From IMG/VR virus record IMGVR_UViG_3300025276_000031, positions 6,257-70,256 of that record: 64,000 bases of DNA. The stretch is one strand, 5' to 3'. Shown here piece after piece: positions 38,921 to 47,377 of this stretch. The notes under the pieces were generated by a model. That model saw only the letters and a list, made by a program, of their open reading frames with translations. It did not search any database and was not told the origin of the DNA. The position numbers were made by a program, and so were the translations under genes. The DNA comes from a virus. The stretch's first letter is position 1. Every line of letters begins with the position of its first letter.

Positions 38921-38966
38921 CTCCGTTTGTGTTTCGGGCAGGTGCCCGAAAAGGTTGGTTGAGGTT
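38921..38966 (-). repeat. Duplicated leader containing palindrome copy 8 (38933-38950)
   Basis: Matches 38122-38167 with one mismatch at the palindrome centre. Confidence 0.9.
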
Positions 38967-39000
38967 GGTTTGGACTGTGTGATCTCTTGACTGTCCTTAT

Positions 39001-39029
39001 AGTATAGCATGGGTAGCGAGGTATGTCAA
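39001..39029 (-). promoter_or_regulatory. Strong early sigma70 promoter
   Basis: TTGACA-TACCTCGCTACCCATGC (17 nt)-TATACT, with extended -10 TG. Confidence 0.9.
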
Positions 39030-39064
39030 GGAATTGCATATGGTGTTGTTTGGTGGTGGTTGGT

Positions 39065-39340
39065 GTAATGTACTGTAATGTACCACTGTGTAGGTCTGCA
39101 AACCATTGATTTTAAAGGAATGTACCAATGTCTGCAATGTACCACCTATATATACCTAGATTTTAAAAGTGGTTTTCCGCGCCTCCCCCCCTCTTACTCC
39201 CTCCCTTTCTTAGGTTGATATATATATATATATTTATGGTACATTAGCTACATTACTTTGTTTTCAATGACTTAACCCCGTTTTCGGGTGGTACATTCGT
39301 GGTACAAATGGTACTTTCTTTTAAAATCAATGGGTTAGAT
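39065..39340. other. Origin-like locus: converging AATGTAC iterons, (TA)n core, IHF-consensus sites
   Basis: AATGTAC at 39067, 39077, 39119 and 39136; GTACATT at 39239 and 39291; (TA)n at ~39218-39233; WATCAANNNNTTR at 39099-39111(-) and 39325-39337(+). Confidence 0.6.
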
Positions 39341-39348
39341 GTAGGCCA

Positions 39349-39646
39349 CTACTCGTCTTACTGGTATCCAAACTTTCGGGCAGTTGCCAGAAATGTGTTA
39401 TGACACGCTGCGCTGTGCTGTACTAGTGGTACAATGCTGTAACGTGTGATGCAGTAAGCTACTCGTATTACTGGTATCTAAACTTTCGGGCATCTGCCCG
39501 AATAAAAAAAGGCCCACCGAAGCGGGCCTAGTAGTGGTGTATTGAGTGGTGTGGTAACGTGCTAACACATGCGATGTGCTGATGCAACAAGCGATGTGCT
39601 ACGCTACACCGATTACTGGTATCGAACTTTCGGGCACCTGCCCGAA
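39349..39646. repeat. Three 43-44-bp composite repeats containing palindrome copies 9-11
   Basis: CTACTCGT.TTACTGGTATC.AAACTTTCGGGCA..TGCC.GAA at 39349-39392 and 39459-39502; more diverged copy at 39604-39646. Confidence 0.9.
39504..39528 (-). terminator. Rho-independent terminator
   Basis: GGCCCGC-TTCG-GTGGGCC followed by T7. Confidence 0.85.
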
Positions 39647-39666
39647 AACCACACGAAAATTTGGAC

Positions 39667-39696
39667 AAAAAAAAGGGCCAACCCAAAGGCTGGCCC
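39667..39696 (-). terminator. Rho-independent terminator of the first early gene
   Basis: GGGCCAGCC-TTTG-GGTTGGCCC followed by T8. Confidence 0.85.
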
Positions 39697-39711
39697 GATA
39701 GTGTGATGTGA

Positions 39712-40317
39712 TTAAAGTAAATCGTCGATTGATTTTGCTTTTGCTGGGACTTTATATTTCTTTTGAGCCGCCAACAAAACCGCGGTACAGTCTGGTGTAT
39801 TGAACCAGTCTGGTAAACCATCGCCCTGCAGGATCTTAAGAGCCGTATCAAAAGCGATACCCAATTTTTCAATTGCCTCTTTCCGATTGTCCGCACCTTT
39901 ATTGCCCGCGTCTGGATTATGCAATTTCTCTTGCGTTTCCAAACCCCGACGAACTGTCTTTAACAATTCAGTCTTGCGATCCTGCAAAGTTTTGCGCGCC
40001 GCTTTCGCCTCGGGTGTGGCATCTTTAGGCAGCTTGCCAGCCAGTTCTTTGCGCTCGGTAACCGTATAACATGCGAGGGCAGCGACCTTGCCGCGCTCTT
40101 CATACTGTTCTTTTGACGCGGTGCTTTCCTTGTTCTTATAGGAAAGGTAATCGCTCGGGCGAACGTCAGCTGCCCACATTGCCGTATAGATGTTTTCAAG
40201 TTTGGTGCCAAACTCATATGCTTTGCCGATGCCACCAGCCTCAATAGTTGTGAGGGATGTGACGCCCAGCTTTTCGCCAGCGGATGCAAGAGACTTAGTA
40301 AATGTTGCAAGTGTCAT
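39712..40317 (-). CDS. First early gene, helical hypothetical protein (201 aa)
   Basis: GGAAGG RBS before MTLATF; has its own terminator. Confidence 0.75.
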   Translation of the reverse strand: MTLATFTKSLASAGEKLGVTSLTTIEAGGIGKAYEFGTKLENIYTAMWAADVRPSDYLSYKNKESTASKEQYEERGKVAALACYTVTERKELAGKLPKDATPEAKAARKTLQDRKTELLKTVRRGLETQEKLHNPDAGNKGADNRKEAIEKLGIAFDTALKILQGDGLPDWFNTPDCTAVLLAAQKKYKVPAKAKSIDDLL

Positions 40318-40374
40318 GATAGTAACCTTCCGAATATCGTGCCGTCCCATTATGTTCTGGCCTCCGATAGAACC

Positions 40375-40403
40375 TTTATGCCATGTCATAACGTGTTATG
40401 CAA
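40375..40403 (-). promoter_or_regulatory. Possible promoter of the first early gene
   Basis: TTGCAT-17 nt-CATAAA, weak consensus; overlaps a CATAAC-NN-GTTATG dyad. Confidence 0.35.
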
Positions 40404-40420
40404 TAGGACTGCGCAAGAAT

Positions 40421-40465
40421 CGACACGATCCGACACGATCCGACACTTTCGGGCAGCTGCCCGAA
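40421..40465. repeat. (CGACACGATC)x2.6 tandem repeat followed by palindrome copy 12 (40448-40465)
   Basis: Read directly from the sequence. Confidence 0.9.
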
Positions 40466-40690
40466 AACCTGAAATGACCGACCATACCCCCTACCCACCC
40501 CCCGACTTGCACATTGGGACTCCGCGCTACTCTATACATTACTAATACACTCAAATAATCCCTCTATTTTTCGTTCGGGGTAAACTCGCCCATGCTAATT
40601 CTCGGAACCCCCCACCCTTTTTTAAGACCCCTTGTTAAAAATTTTTTGTACTCTATTATTATGTTATCGGTTAACAACCTGCGGTACATT

Positions 40691-41266
40691 ATGACTTTGA
40701 ACGTCACTCCAGAACTAGGCGTGTCCTTAGAGGACGATCTTGGCAAGTTAGATTTGTCTGAGCGCACCGCTGCCCTAGCTGAAACAGTTACAAAACTAGA
40801 AGATCATGGCCTAGACATAACCCCTGACGCCGAGGATAAGGACGTTGCGGCTGCACTTGCCACGTCGTATGCCCAAGACCCAATTAAAACGTCCCAACAA
40901 GTTACCAACCCGAGAGCCGCAGCCCTAACACCACCGTCCATACGGTTAACAAACGACATACTTACCGAGTTTAATCACTCTGTGGTTGAATCTTCTAAGC
41001 AACTACGCAACTTAGTCACGAATAAGTTAATTATTGAGTCAGAAAATCCTGATCCGCGTGTTCGTATGCGCGCTTTGGAGCTTATGGGTAAGATTTCAGA
41101 CGTAGGATTGTTCGCAGAGAAGTCTGAAGTAACCATAACGCACCAGACCACGGACGATATTAAGGAAAGACTGCGTGGTAAGCTGACAAAACTGGTAAAT
41201 CCTGAACCTGAGACAGAAGACGCTATTATCTTAGACGCATCAGACATAGACTTTGACGATGACTGA
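40691..41266 (+). CDS. terS: Terminase small subunit (probable)
   Basis: Directly upstream of TerL; R.RALELMGK...GLF.E motif. Start codon uncertain. Confidence 0.65.
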   Translation: MTLNVTPELGVSLEDDLGKLDLSERTAALAETVTKLEDHGLDITPDAEDKDVAAALATSYAQDPIKTSQQVTNPRAAALTPPSIRLTNDILTEFNHSVVESSKQLRNLVTNKLIIESENPDPRVRMRALELMGKISDVGLFAEKSEVTITHQTTDDIKERLRGKLTKLVNPEPETEDAIILDASDIDFDDD

Positions 41267-42809
41267 GGGTTTAGACTTCACAGCGGAAGACATTGAGTTG
41301 ATGCTGGCTAATCTAGACGCGTTTAGCCCCGAAGAAGCCTTAGAAATTGATCGTATGGTCGATGAGCTTAACACTAGAACTGCAAATGCCAGTGCGTACG
41401 ATGATTTAATTGAGTTTTGTAAGTTGATGCAACCTGATTACATTGTGGGCAAGCACCATCGCATCCTAGCAGACATGCTTATGGCTATTGAGCGTGGCGA
41501 AAAGGATCGTATCTGCGTAAACATCCCTCCACGTCACGGTAAATCGCAACTTGTTTCTATATTCTACCCTGCTTGGTTCTTAGGCCGCAACCCAGATAAA
41601 AAAGTTATGATGGTGTCTCACACGACTGACCTTGCGGTAGATTTTGGTCGTAAAGTACGTAACTTAATAGCCTTAGATGACTACAGGTCTATATTTCCTA
41701 CAGTAAGACTAGCGCAAGATAGTAAATCGGCAGGACGGTGGAACACAAATGTTGGAGGTGAGTATTATGCTTGCGGTATTGGTTCTGCTCTTGCTGGTCG
41801 GGGTGCTGATCTCCTGCTTGTTGATGATCCCCATTCTGAGCAGGATGTCATCAATGGAAACTTTGAAGTCTTCGATAAAGCATACGAGTGGTTCACGTTT
41901 GGAGCGCGAACACGACTAATGCCCGGAGGTCGGGTAGCTATTATCCAGACACGTTGGCATTTAGATGACCTGACAGGACGTGTTACACGGGACATGGCAC
42001 AGAATGACCGCTCCGATCAGTATGACGTGATTGAATTTCCTGCTATAATCGAAGTTAAGAATAAAAAATCTAAGAAAATCACCGAAAAACCGCTGTGGCC
42101 TGAGTTTTTTGACCTTGAAGCCCTGCTGCGTACCAAGGCTTCTATGCCTACGTTCCAATGGAACTCGCAGTACCAACAACAACCTACTGCAGAAGAAGCA
42201 GCGATTGTCAAACGTGAGTGGTGGAACGAGTGGACCTTGGAAGAACCGCCCAGCTGTGAATATGTTATCATGTCGCTAGATGCCGCAGCCGAGAAACATA
42301 ACCGTGCAGACTATACAGCCCTTACTACGTGGGGCGTGTTTATGAACGAAGAGACCACCGCGTACAATATTATATTGTTAAATAGCATAAAACAGCGTAT
42401 GGAGTTTCCAGAACTTAAAACGCTTGCTATGGAAGAATACAATGATTGGGAACCCGACTCGTTCATTGTGGAAAAGAAAAGTTCAGGCACCGCGTTGTAT
42501 CAAGAAATGCGGCGTATGGGTTTGCCAGTGTCAGAGTATACGCCACACAGAGGGTCGGGAGATAAGACAGCGCGCCTAAATGCTGTAGCTGACATAATAT
42601 CGTCAGGTCTATGTTGGGTGCCGCAGACACGGTGGGCAGAAGAAGTTGTGGAAGAGGTTGCAGGATTTCCGTTTATGAGCAATGATGACCTTGTGGATTC
42701 TATGGTTATGGCCCTTATGCGCTTCAGGCAGGGAGGGTTTATACGTCTACCTTCTGACGAACCTGAAGATGTGCGATACTGGAAACAACGCCGAGGCGGG
42801 TTTTATTAG
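41259..42809 (+). CDS. terL: Terminase large subunit
   Basis: PPRHGKS, LLVDDP, IQTRW, YQQ.P, DDLVDS. Confidence 0.95.
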   Translation: MTEGLDFTAEDIELMLANLDAFSPEEALEIDRMVDELNTRTANASAYDDLIEFCKLMQPDYIVGKHHRILADMLMAIERGEKDRICVNIPPRHGKSQLVSIFYPAWFLGRNPDKKVMMVSHTTDLAVDFGRKVRNLIALDDYRSIFPTVRLAQDSKSAGRWNTNVGGEYYACGIGSALAGRGADLLLVDDPHSEQDVINGNFEVFDKAYEWFTFGARTRLMPGGRVAIIQTRWHLDDLTGRVTRDMAQNDRSDQYDVIEFPAIIEVKNKKSKKITEKPLWPEFFDLEALLRTKASMPTFQWNSQYQQQPTAEEAAIVKREWWNEWTLEEPPSCEYVIMSLDAAAEKHNRADYTALTTWGVFMNEETTAYNIILLNSIKQRMEFPELKTLAMEEYNDWEPDSFIVEKKSSGTALYQEMRRMGLPVSEYTPHRGSGDKTARLNAVADIISSGLCWVPQTRWAEEVVEEVAGFPFMSNDDLVDSMVMALMRFRQGGFIRLPSDEPEDVRYWKQRRGGFY

Positions 42810-42818
42810 AGGTGATAC

Positions 42819-45290
42819 ATGGCTATTGAAAAAGGGCTATACGCTGCCCCACTAGGTTTAGACAGTGGTTTAGACGGCGTGGAAGAAATGGACATTCCTG
42901 ATCTGGAGATTGAAGTTATTGATCCAGAAGAAATTACGCTGGCTGACGGTAGTATGGAGATTACTCTAATACCCGGAAATGATCTTAGTAGTGCTGATTT
43001 TGATTCTAACCTAGCCGAGTTTATGGACGAGGACGATATAAAAAAGTTGTCTAAAGACCTTATGGAGTCCGTAGAGTCTGACATTTCTAGTCGCAAGGAT
43101 TGGACTGAAACATACGTCAAAGGTCTAGACATTATTGGGTTTAAATACGAGGAGCGTTCCCAACCGTGGGAAGGTGCCTGCGGCGTTAACTCTACAGTTT
43201 TAGCAGAAGCGGCTATCCGGTTTCAAGCTGAAACTATGTCTGAAACGTTTCCCGCTGCAGGGCCGGTAAAAACTAAAATTCTTGGTAGTGAGACTAAAGA
43301 AAAAGAAGAAGCGGCGGCTCGTGTCAAGGCTGACATGAACTATGAACTTACCGAGAACATGGTAGAGTATCGACCCGAACACGAACGTATGTTATATAGC
43401 CTTGGTCTAGCAGGATCATCGTTTAAGAAAGTCTACTACGACCCGAATCTAGGTCGGCAGGTAGCCCTATATATTTCGGCAGAAGATGTCATTGTACCGT
43501 ACGGTGCGTCTACTATTGAACATGCAGAACGTGTCACGCACATAATGCGTAAGACACAAAACGAGGTTACAAAACTGCAAGTGTCAGGGTTCTACAGGGC
43601 TATAGACCTCGAGGAGCCGGAGCCGTATCACTCTGATATTGAAGAGAAAAAGGCAGAAGAAGGCGGTTATTCGTTAAATGACGATGACCGTTATACTCTG
43701 TATGAAATCCACGCTGACCTTGTGGTTGAGGGATTGGATGACGAAGACGGTATTGCTCGCCCGTATGTTGTCACCATAGAGCGTGGCAGTGACGAAGTGT
43801 TGGCGATCCGTAGAAACTACGAGGAGGATGACCCCCTCACCCTCAAACGTCAACACTTCGTACACTATGTTTATGTGCCGGGATTTGGCTTCTATGGCCT
43901 TGGATTGATTCACATTATTGGTGGGTACGCCCGTGCCGGAACTTCCTTGATACGGCAACTGGTTGACGCGGGAACACTGTCGAACCTCCCCGGCGGTTTG
44001 AAATCGCGTGGGCTTCGTATCAAGGGAGACGATTCACCAATCGAACCCGGAGAGTTTAAAGACGTTGACGTACCATCAGGTAGCATCCGTGACAACATTA
44101 TGCCGCTACCGTACAAAGAACCTAGTCAAACACTTCTCGCCCTCCTGAATCAGATTACGACTGAAGGACGTAGACTAGGTGCCATTAGTGATATGGACAT
44201 CTCGGATATGTCCGCTAATGCCCCTGTGGGCACCACCTTGGCCCTACTAGAACGTACGCTAAAACCTATGGCTGCGGTCCAATCTAGGGTCCACTATTCT
44301 ATGAAGCAGGAGTTTAAGCTACTCAAGTCTATCATGGCTGAGTATGCCCCTGTAGAGTACGCCTACCAGCCTCACAGAGGCGAGGTTACAGCCAAGCGCG
44401 CTGACTACATGATGGTCGATGTCATCCCTGTGAGCGACCCTAACAGCTCTACAATGGCGCAACGTGTAGTGCAGTACCAAACAGTTCTGCAGATGTCAGA
44501 AAAAGCACCGCAGATTTATGATCTACCACAGCTACATCGCCAGATGATTGAAGTGTTAGGTGTTAAGAACGCTGACAAACTTGTGCCAACTAAAGATGAC
44601 GCCAGACCTACAGACCCTGTAAGTGAAAATATGGCCGCACTTATAGGCAAACCGATGAAGGCATTTATTTACCAAGACCATGAAGCGCACATCGCCACGC
44701 ATACATCGTTTATGCAAGACCCGATGATGGCGCAGATGATTGGGCAGAACCCGCAAGCAAAACAGATTATGGCCTCACTGCAAGCGCATGTTGCCGAACA
44801 TCTAGGGTTCTCGTACCGCCAGAAAATTGAAGCTAAACTAGGTGTACCGCTACCTGCACCGAACGAAGAACTGCCAGAAGCCATCGAAATAGAACTTTCT
44901 AGAATGATTGCAGACGCAGGCAAACAGCTTACACAGGCTAATCAGAAACAGGCAGCGCAGCAAAAAGCACAACAACAGGCCAAAGACCCGATCATTCAGA
45001 TGAAACAGGCTGAATTGCAGATTAAACAGGCCGAGGAACAACGCAAAGCGGCAAATGATCAAGCAGACATGCAGATACGGCAAGAACAGCTGAAGCTACA
45101 AAAGGCTAAAGAAGCTACGTCTGCCATGTTGAACGCAGAAAAAATTAAACTTGATCAGGCATCACTAGCTATCGAAGCTGAAGAAAAAGGTGTTCGATTA
45201 GAACAAGCAGGCCGTGCGGAACGTAATAAACTTGGTATTGAGACTGCACGAATGATGCAGTCCCGACAGCCAAAAGGAGATAATAGCTAA
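42819..45290 (+). CDS. Portal protein (P22-like, with C-terminal coiled coil)
   Basis: 823 aa after TerL; GS.FKKVY.D and GFYGLG motifs; Q-rich barrel-like C-terminus. Confidence 0.85.
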   Translation: MAIEKGLYAAPLGLDSGLDGVEEMDIPDLEIEVIDPEEITLADGSMEITLIPGNDLSSADFDSNLAEFMDEDDIKKLSKDLMESVESDISSRKDWTETYVKGLDIIGFKYEERSQPWEGACGVNSTVLAEAAIRFQAETMSETFPAAGPVKTKILGSETKEKEEAAARVKADMNYELTENMVEYRPEHERMLYSLGLAGSSFKKVYYDPNLGRQVALYISAEDVIVPYGASTIEHAERVTHIMRKTQNEVTKLQVSGFYRAIDLEEPEPYHSDIEEKKAEEGGYSLNDDDRYTLYEIHADLVVEGLDDEDGIARPYVVTIERGSDEVLAIRRNYEEDDPLTLKRQHFVHYVYVPGFGFYGLGLIHIIGGYARAGTSLIRQLVDAGTLSNLPGGLKSRGLRIKGDDSPIEPGEFKDVDVPSGSIRDNIMPLPYKEPSQTLLALLNQITTEGRRLGAISDMDISDMSANAPVGTTLALLERTLKPMAAVQSRVHYSMKQEFKLLKSIMAEYAPVEYAYQPHRGEVTAKRADYMMVDVIPVSDPNSSTMAQRVVQYQTVLQMSEKAPQIYDLPQLHRQMIEVLGVKNADKLVPTKDDARPTDPVSENMAALIGKPMKAFIYQDHEAHIATHTSFMQDPMMAQMIGQNPQAKQIMASLQAHVAEHLGFSYRQKIEAKLGVPLPAPNEELPEAIEIELSRMIADAGKQLTQANQKQAAQQKAQQQAKDPIIQMKQAELQIKQAEEQRKAANDQADMQIRQEQLKLQKAKEATSAMLNAEKIKLDQASLAIEAEEKGVRLEQAGRAERNKLGIETARMMQSRQPKGDNS

Positions 45291-45292
45291 AC

Positions 45293-45496
45293 ATGGCAAA
45301 AACCGTCTTTGACGTGCTGAAAGATAAAATCGAGGATGACATATCCTCTGCACAGAGTTTCCTAACCGCAGGTTCGTCTAAGGACTATGCGCATTATAGG
45401 GAAGTTGTTGGCTTAATTCGGGGTCTCGAAGCCAGCAAATCGTATGTTGAAGACCTCTCGCGTAACTATATGGAAGATGACGATGGGAATTACTAA
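45293..45496 (+). CDS. Hypothetical head-module protein
   Basis: 67 aa; DY..Y...VG.I.GL. Confidence 0.7.
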   Translation: MAKTVFDVLKDKIEDDISSAQSFLTAGSSKDYAHYREVVGLIRGLEASKSYVEDLSRNYMEDDDGNY

Positions 45497-45896
45497 AACG
45501 ATGCAGCTTGAAGAGATGGAACGGGAGCACGAAGCACAACGCCTCGCTGATGCTGAACTAGAACTACAGCTACCAAGACCTGCAGGATATCGTGTGTTAG
45601 TAGCACTACCACAGCCTGAAGATAAGTTTGAGGGTACAAACATCCTTAAAACTGAAAAAGCCAAGCAGCAGGACCATATTATGTCTATTATCGGCCTAGT
45701 AGTCGATATGGGGTCTGGCGCGTATGCGGATAAAGAACGTTTTCCCGATGGACCTTGGTGCAAAGAAGGTGATTTTGTCATGTTCCGCATGAACTCGGGT
45801 ACTAGATTCACTATCGCGGGTATTGAGTATCGGCTTATGAACGACGATTCAATAGAGGCCGTTGTGGATGATCCCACAGGTATTCAGAGGGCATAA
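45483..45896 (+). CDS. groES: GroES-like co-chaperonin
   Basis: P.GYRVLV...G.VV.MG...K.GD.V.F...G......EYRLMNDD.I.AVV. Confidence 0.8.
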   Translation: MGITKTMQLEEMEREHEAQRLADAELELQLPRPAGYRVLVALPQPEDKFEGTNILKTEKAKQQDHIMSIIGLVVDMGSGAYADKERFPDGPWCKEGDFVMFRMNSGTRFTIAGIEYRLMNDDSIEAVVDDPTGIQRA

Positions 45897-45898
45897 TC

Positions 45899-46921
45899 AT
45901 GGCTTTTCAAAAAGTAGAGTTTGAGTTTCCAGACGAGGAATCGACAGTTGTTGACATCGAAGATACGAACGCAGTTGAAATCGACGTTTCTGGCAAGAAA
46001 ACTAAAGAAGATTTTGTGGAAGATGCACGTAGCAAGGATAAGTCTGAGCGTAAGGTGGACCCTGTTGAAGACGAACTTGAAATTGAGGTGGTTGACGATA
46101 CTCCGAAGAAAGACCGGAATCGCAAAGCGTCAGACCCCCCCGATGATGTTACTGACGAGGAACTGGAAGACTATTCAGAAAAAGTCCGCAAACGAATCCA
46201 ACACTTTAGCAAAGGTTATCACGATGAACGCCGCGCTAAAGAAGAGGCTTTTAGGCAAAGTCAAGAGCTTGAGCGAGTTACGCAACAGCTTATGGACGAG
46301 AACAAAAAACTAAAAGGTAACGTCAACAAGAATCAAAGTGCGTTACTTGACCAAGCTAAGAAAAACTCAGCCGCTGAAACTGAGGCCGCTAAACGTGAGT
46401 ATAAGGCAGCATATGAATCCGGTGATTCCGACGCTGTAGTAGAAGCACAAGAAAAGTTAACAGCTGCCAAGTTAAAGGCTGATAAGTTAGCAAATTTTAA
46501 GGTGCCTGCTTTACAGGAGGAAGAAACTCCTGTACAGACTCAACCAGAATCCGCCCCGACACCACAAGTCGATACTCGGGCTGCTGATTGGCAAAAGGCT
46601 AATTCGTGGTTCGGTCCCGACGATGAGATGACAAGTTTAGCGTTGGGGTTGCATAATAAACTTGTCAAACAGGGCGTAAGTCCGCAAAGCGATGAATACT
46701 ACGAGACGATAGATACTCGTATGCGTCAAGTATTCCCCGATAATTTCGAGGATGCTGAACCGAAGCGAAAAACATCAGTGGTTGCTCCCGCAACGCGGAG
46801 TACAGCACCGAAAAAAGTGACTTTGACGAGAACTCAAGTCCAACTCGCTAAACGGTTAGGGTTAACCCCACAACAGTACGCCAAACAGGTTGCATTAGAT
46901 ATGAGGAATAACAATGGCTGA
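45899..46921 (+). CDS. Capsid scaffolding protein
   Basis: Acidic coiled coil, W...NSWFG, LT..Q...A.RLGLT..QY; upstream of the capsid genes. Confidence 0.7.
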   Translation: MAFQKVEFEFPDEESTVVDIEDTNAVEIDVSGKKTKEDFVEDARSKDKSERKVDPVEDELEIEVVDDTPKKDRNRKASDPPDDVTDEELEDYSEKVRKRIQHFSKGYHDERRAKEEAFRQSQELERVTQQLMDENKKLKGNVNKNQSALLDQAKKNSAAETEAAKREYKAAYESGDSDAVVEAQEKLTAAKLKADKLANFKVPALQEEETPVQTQPESAPTPQVDTRAADWQKANSWFGPDDEMTSLALGLHNKLVKQGVSPQSDEYYETIDTRMRQVFPDNFEDAEPKRKTSVVAPATRSTAPKKVTLTRTQVQLAKRLGLTPQQYAKQVALDMRNNNG

Positions 46922-47363
46922 AAATCGCCTAGACCGTGAGCTTGATGCTCGTGATAAAAAAGTACGTAGAAAAGCGTGGACGCGCCCGGAGACTTTACCG
47001 TCTCCAAATCCCGAGGCTGGCTATGACTTTCATTGGGTCCGTGTAAGTACACAAGGGCAGATTGATGCCACCAATGTTTCCTCAAAACTAAGAGAAGGTT
47101 GGGAGCCATGTCTGGCTAAAGATCATCCTGAAATTACTATGGTTTCTATTGAACAAGAACGGTTTAAAGAAAACGTAGTTATCGGCGGTCTTTTGCTATG
47201 TAAAGCTCCATCTGAAATGGTCGAAGAGCGCAATGCTTACTATTCTCAGCATACACAAGCGCAGATGCGATCCGTGGATAACAACCTTATGAGAGAGAGT
47301 GACCCGCGTATGCCGTTATTTAATGACCGCAAATCAAAGGTTACTTTTGGCAAAGGAACTTAA
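46914..47363 (+). CDS. Conserved head-module protein
   Basis: 149 aa; WVR...EGWEP...GGLLLCK. Confidence 0.7.
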   Translation: MAENRLDRELDARDKKVRRKAWTRPETLPSPNPEAGYDFHWVRVSTQGQIDATNVSSKLREGWEPCLAKDHPEITMVSIEQERFKENVVIGGLLLCKAPSEMVEERNAYYSQHTQAQMRSVDNNLMRESDPRMPLFNDRKSKVTFGKGT

Positions 47364-47377
47364 TTTAGGAGCTTATA

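Noticed and set aside
39349-39646. CRISPR array or CRISPR-repeat mimic
   Set aside because: Only three imperfect 43-44-bp units with unequal 66- and 101-nt spacers, one holding a terminator. There is no cas operon, and the ...GAAA end is part of the palindrome arm rather than a free 3' handle. Kept as an unexplained repeat array.
39030-39710. tRNA genes in the large non-coding region
   Set aside because: No cloverleaf or T-loop GTTCRA motif with an acceptor stem found by eye; tRNAscan-SE would confirm.
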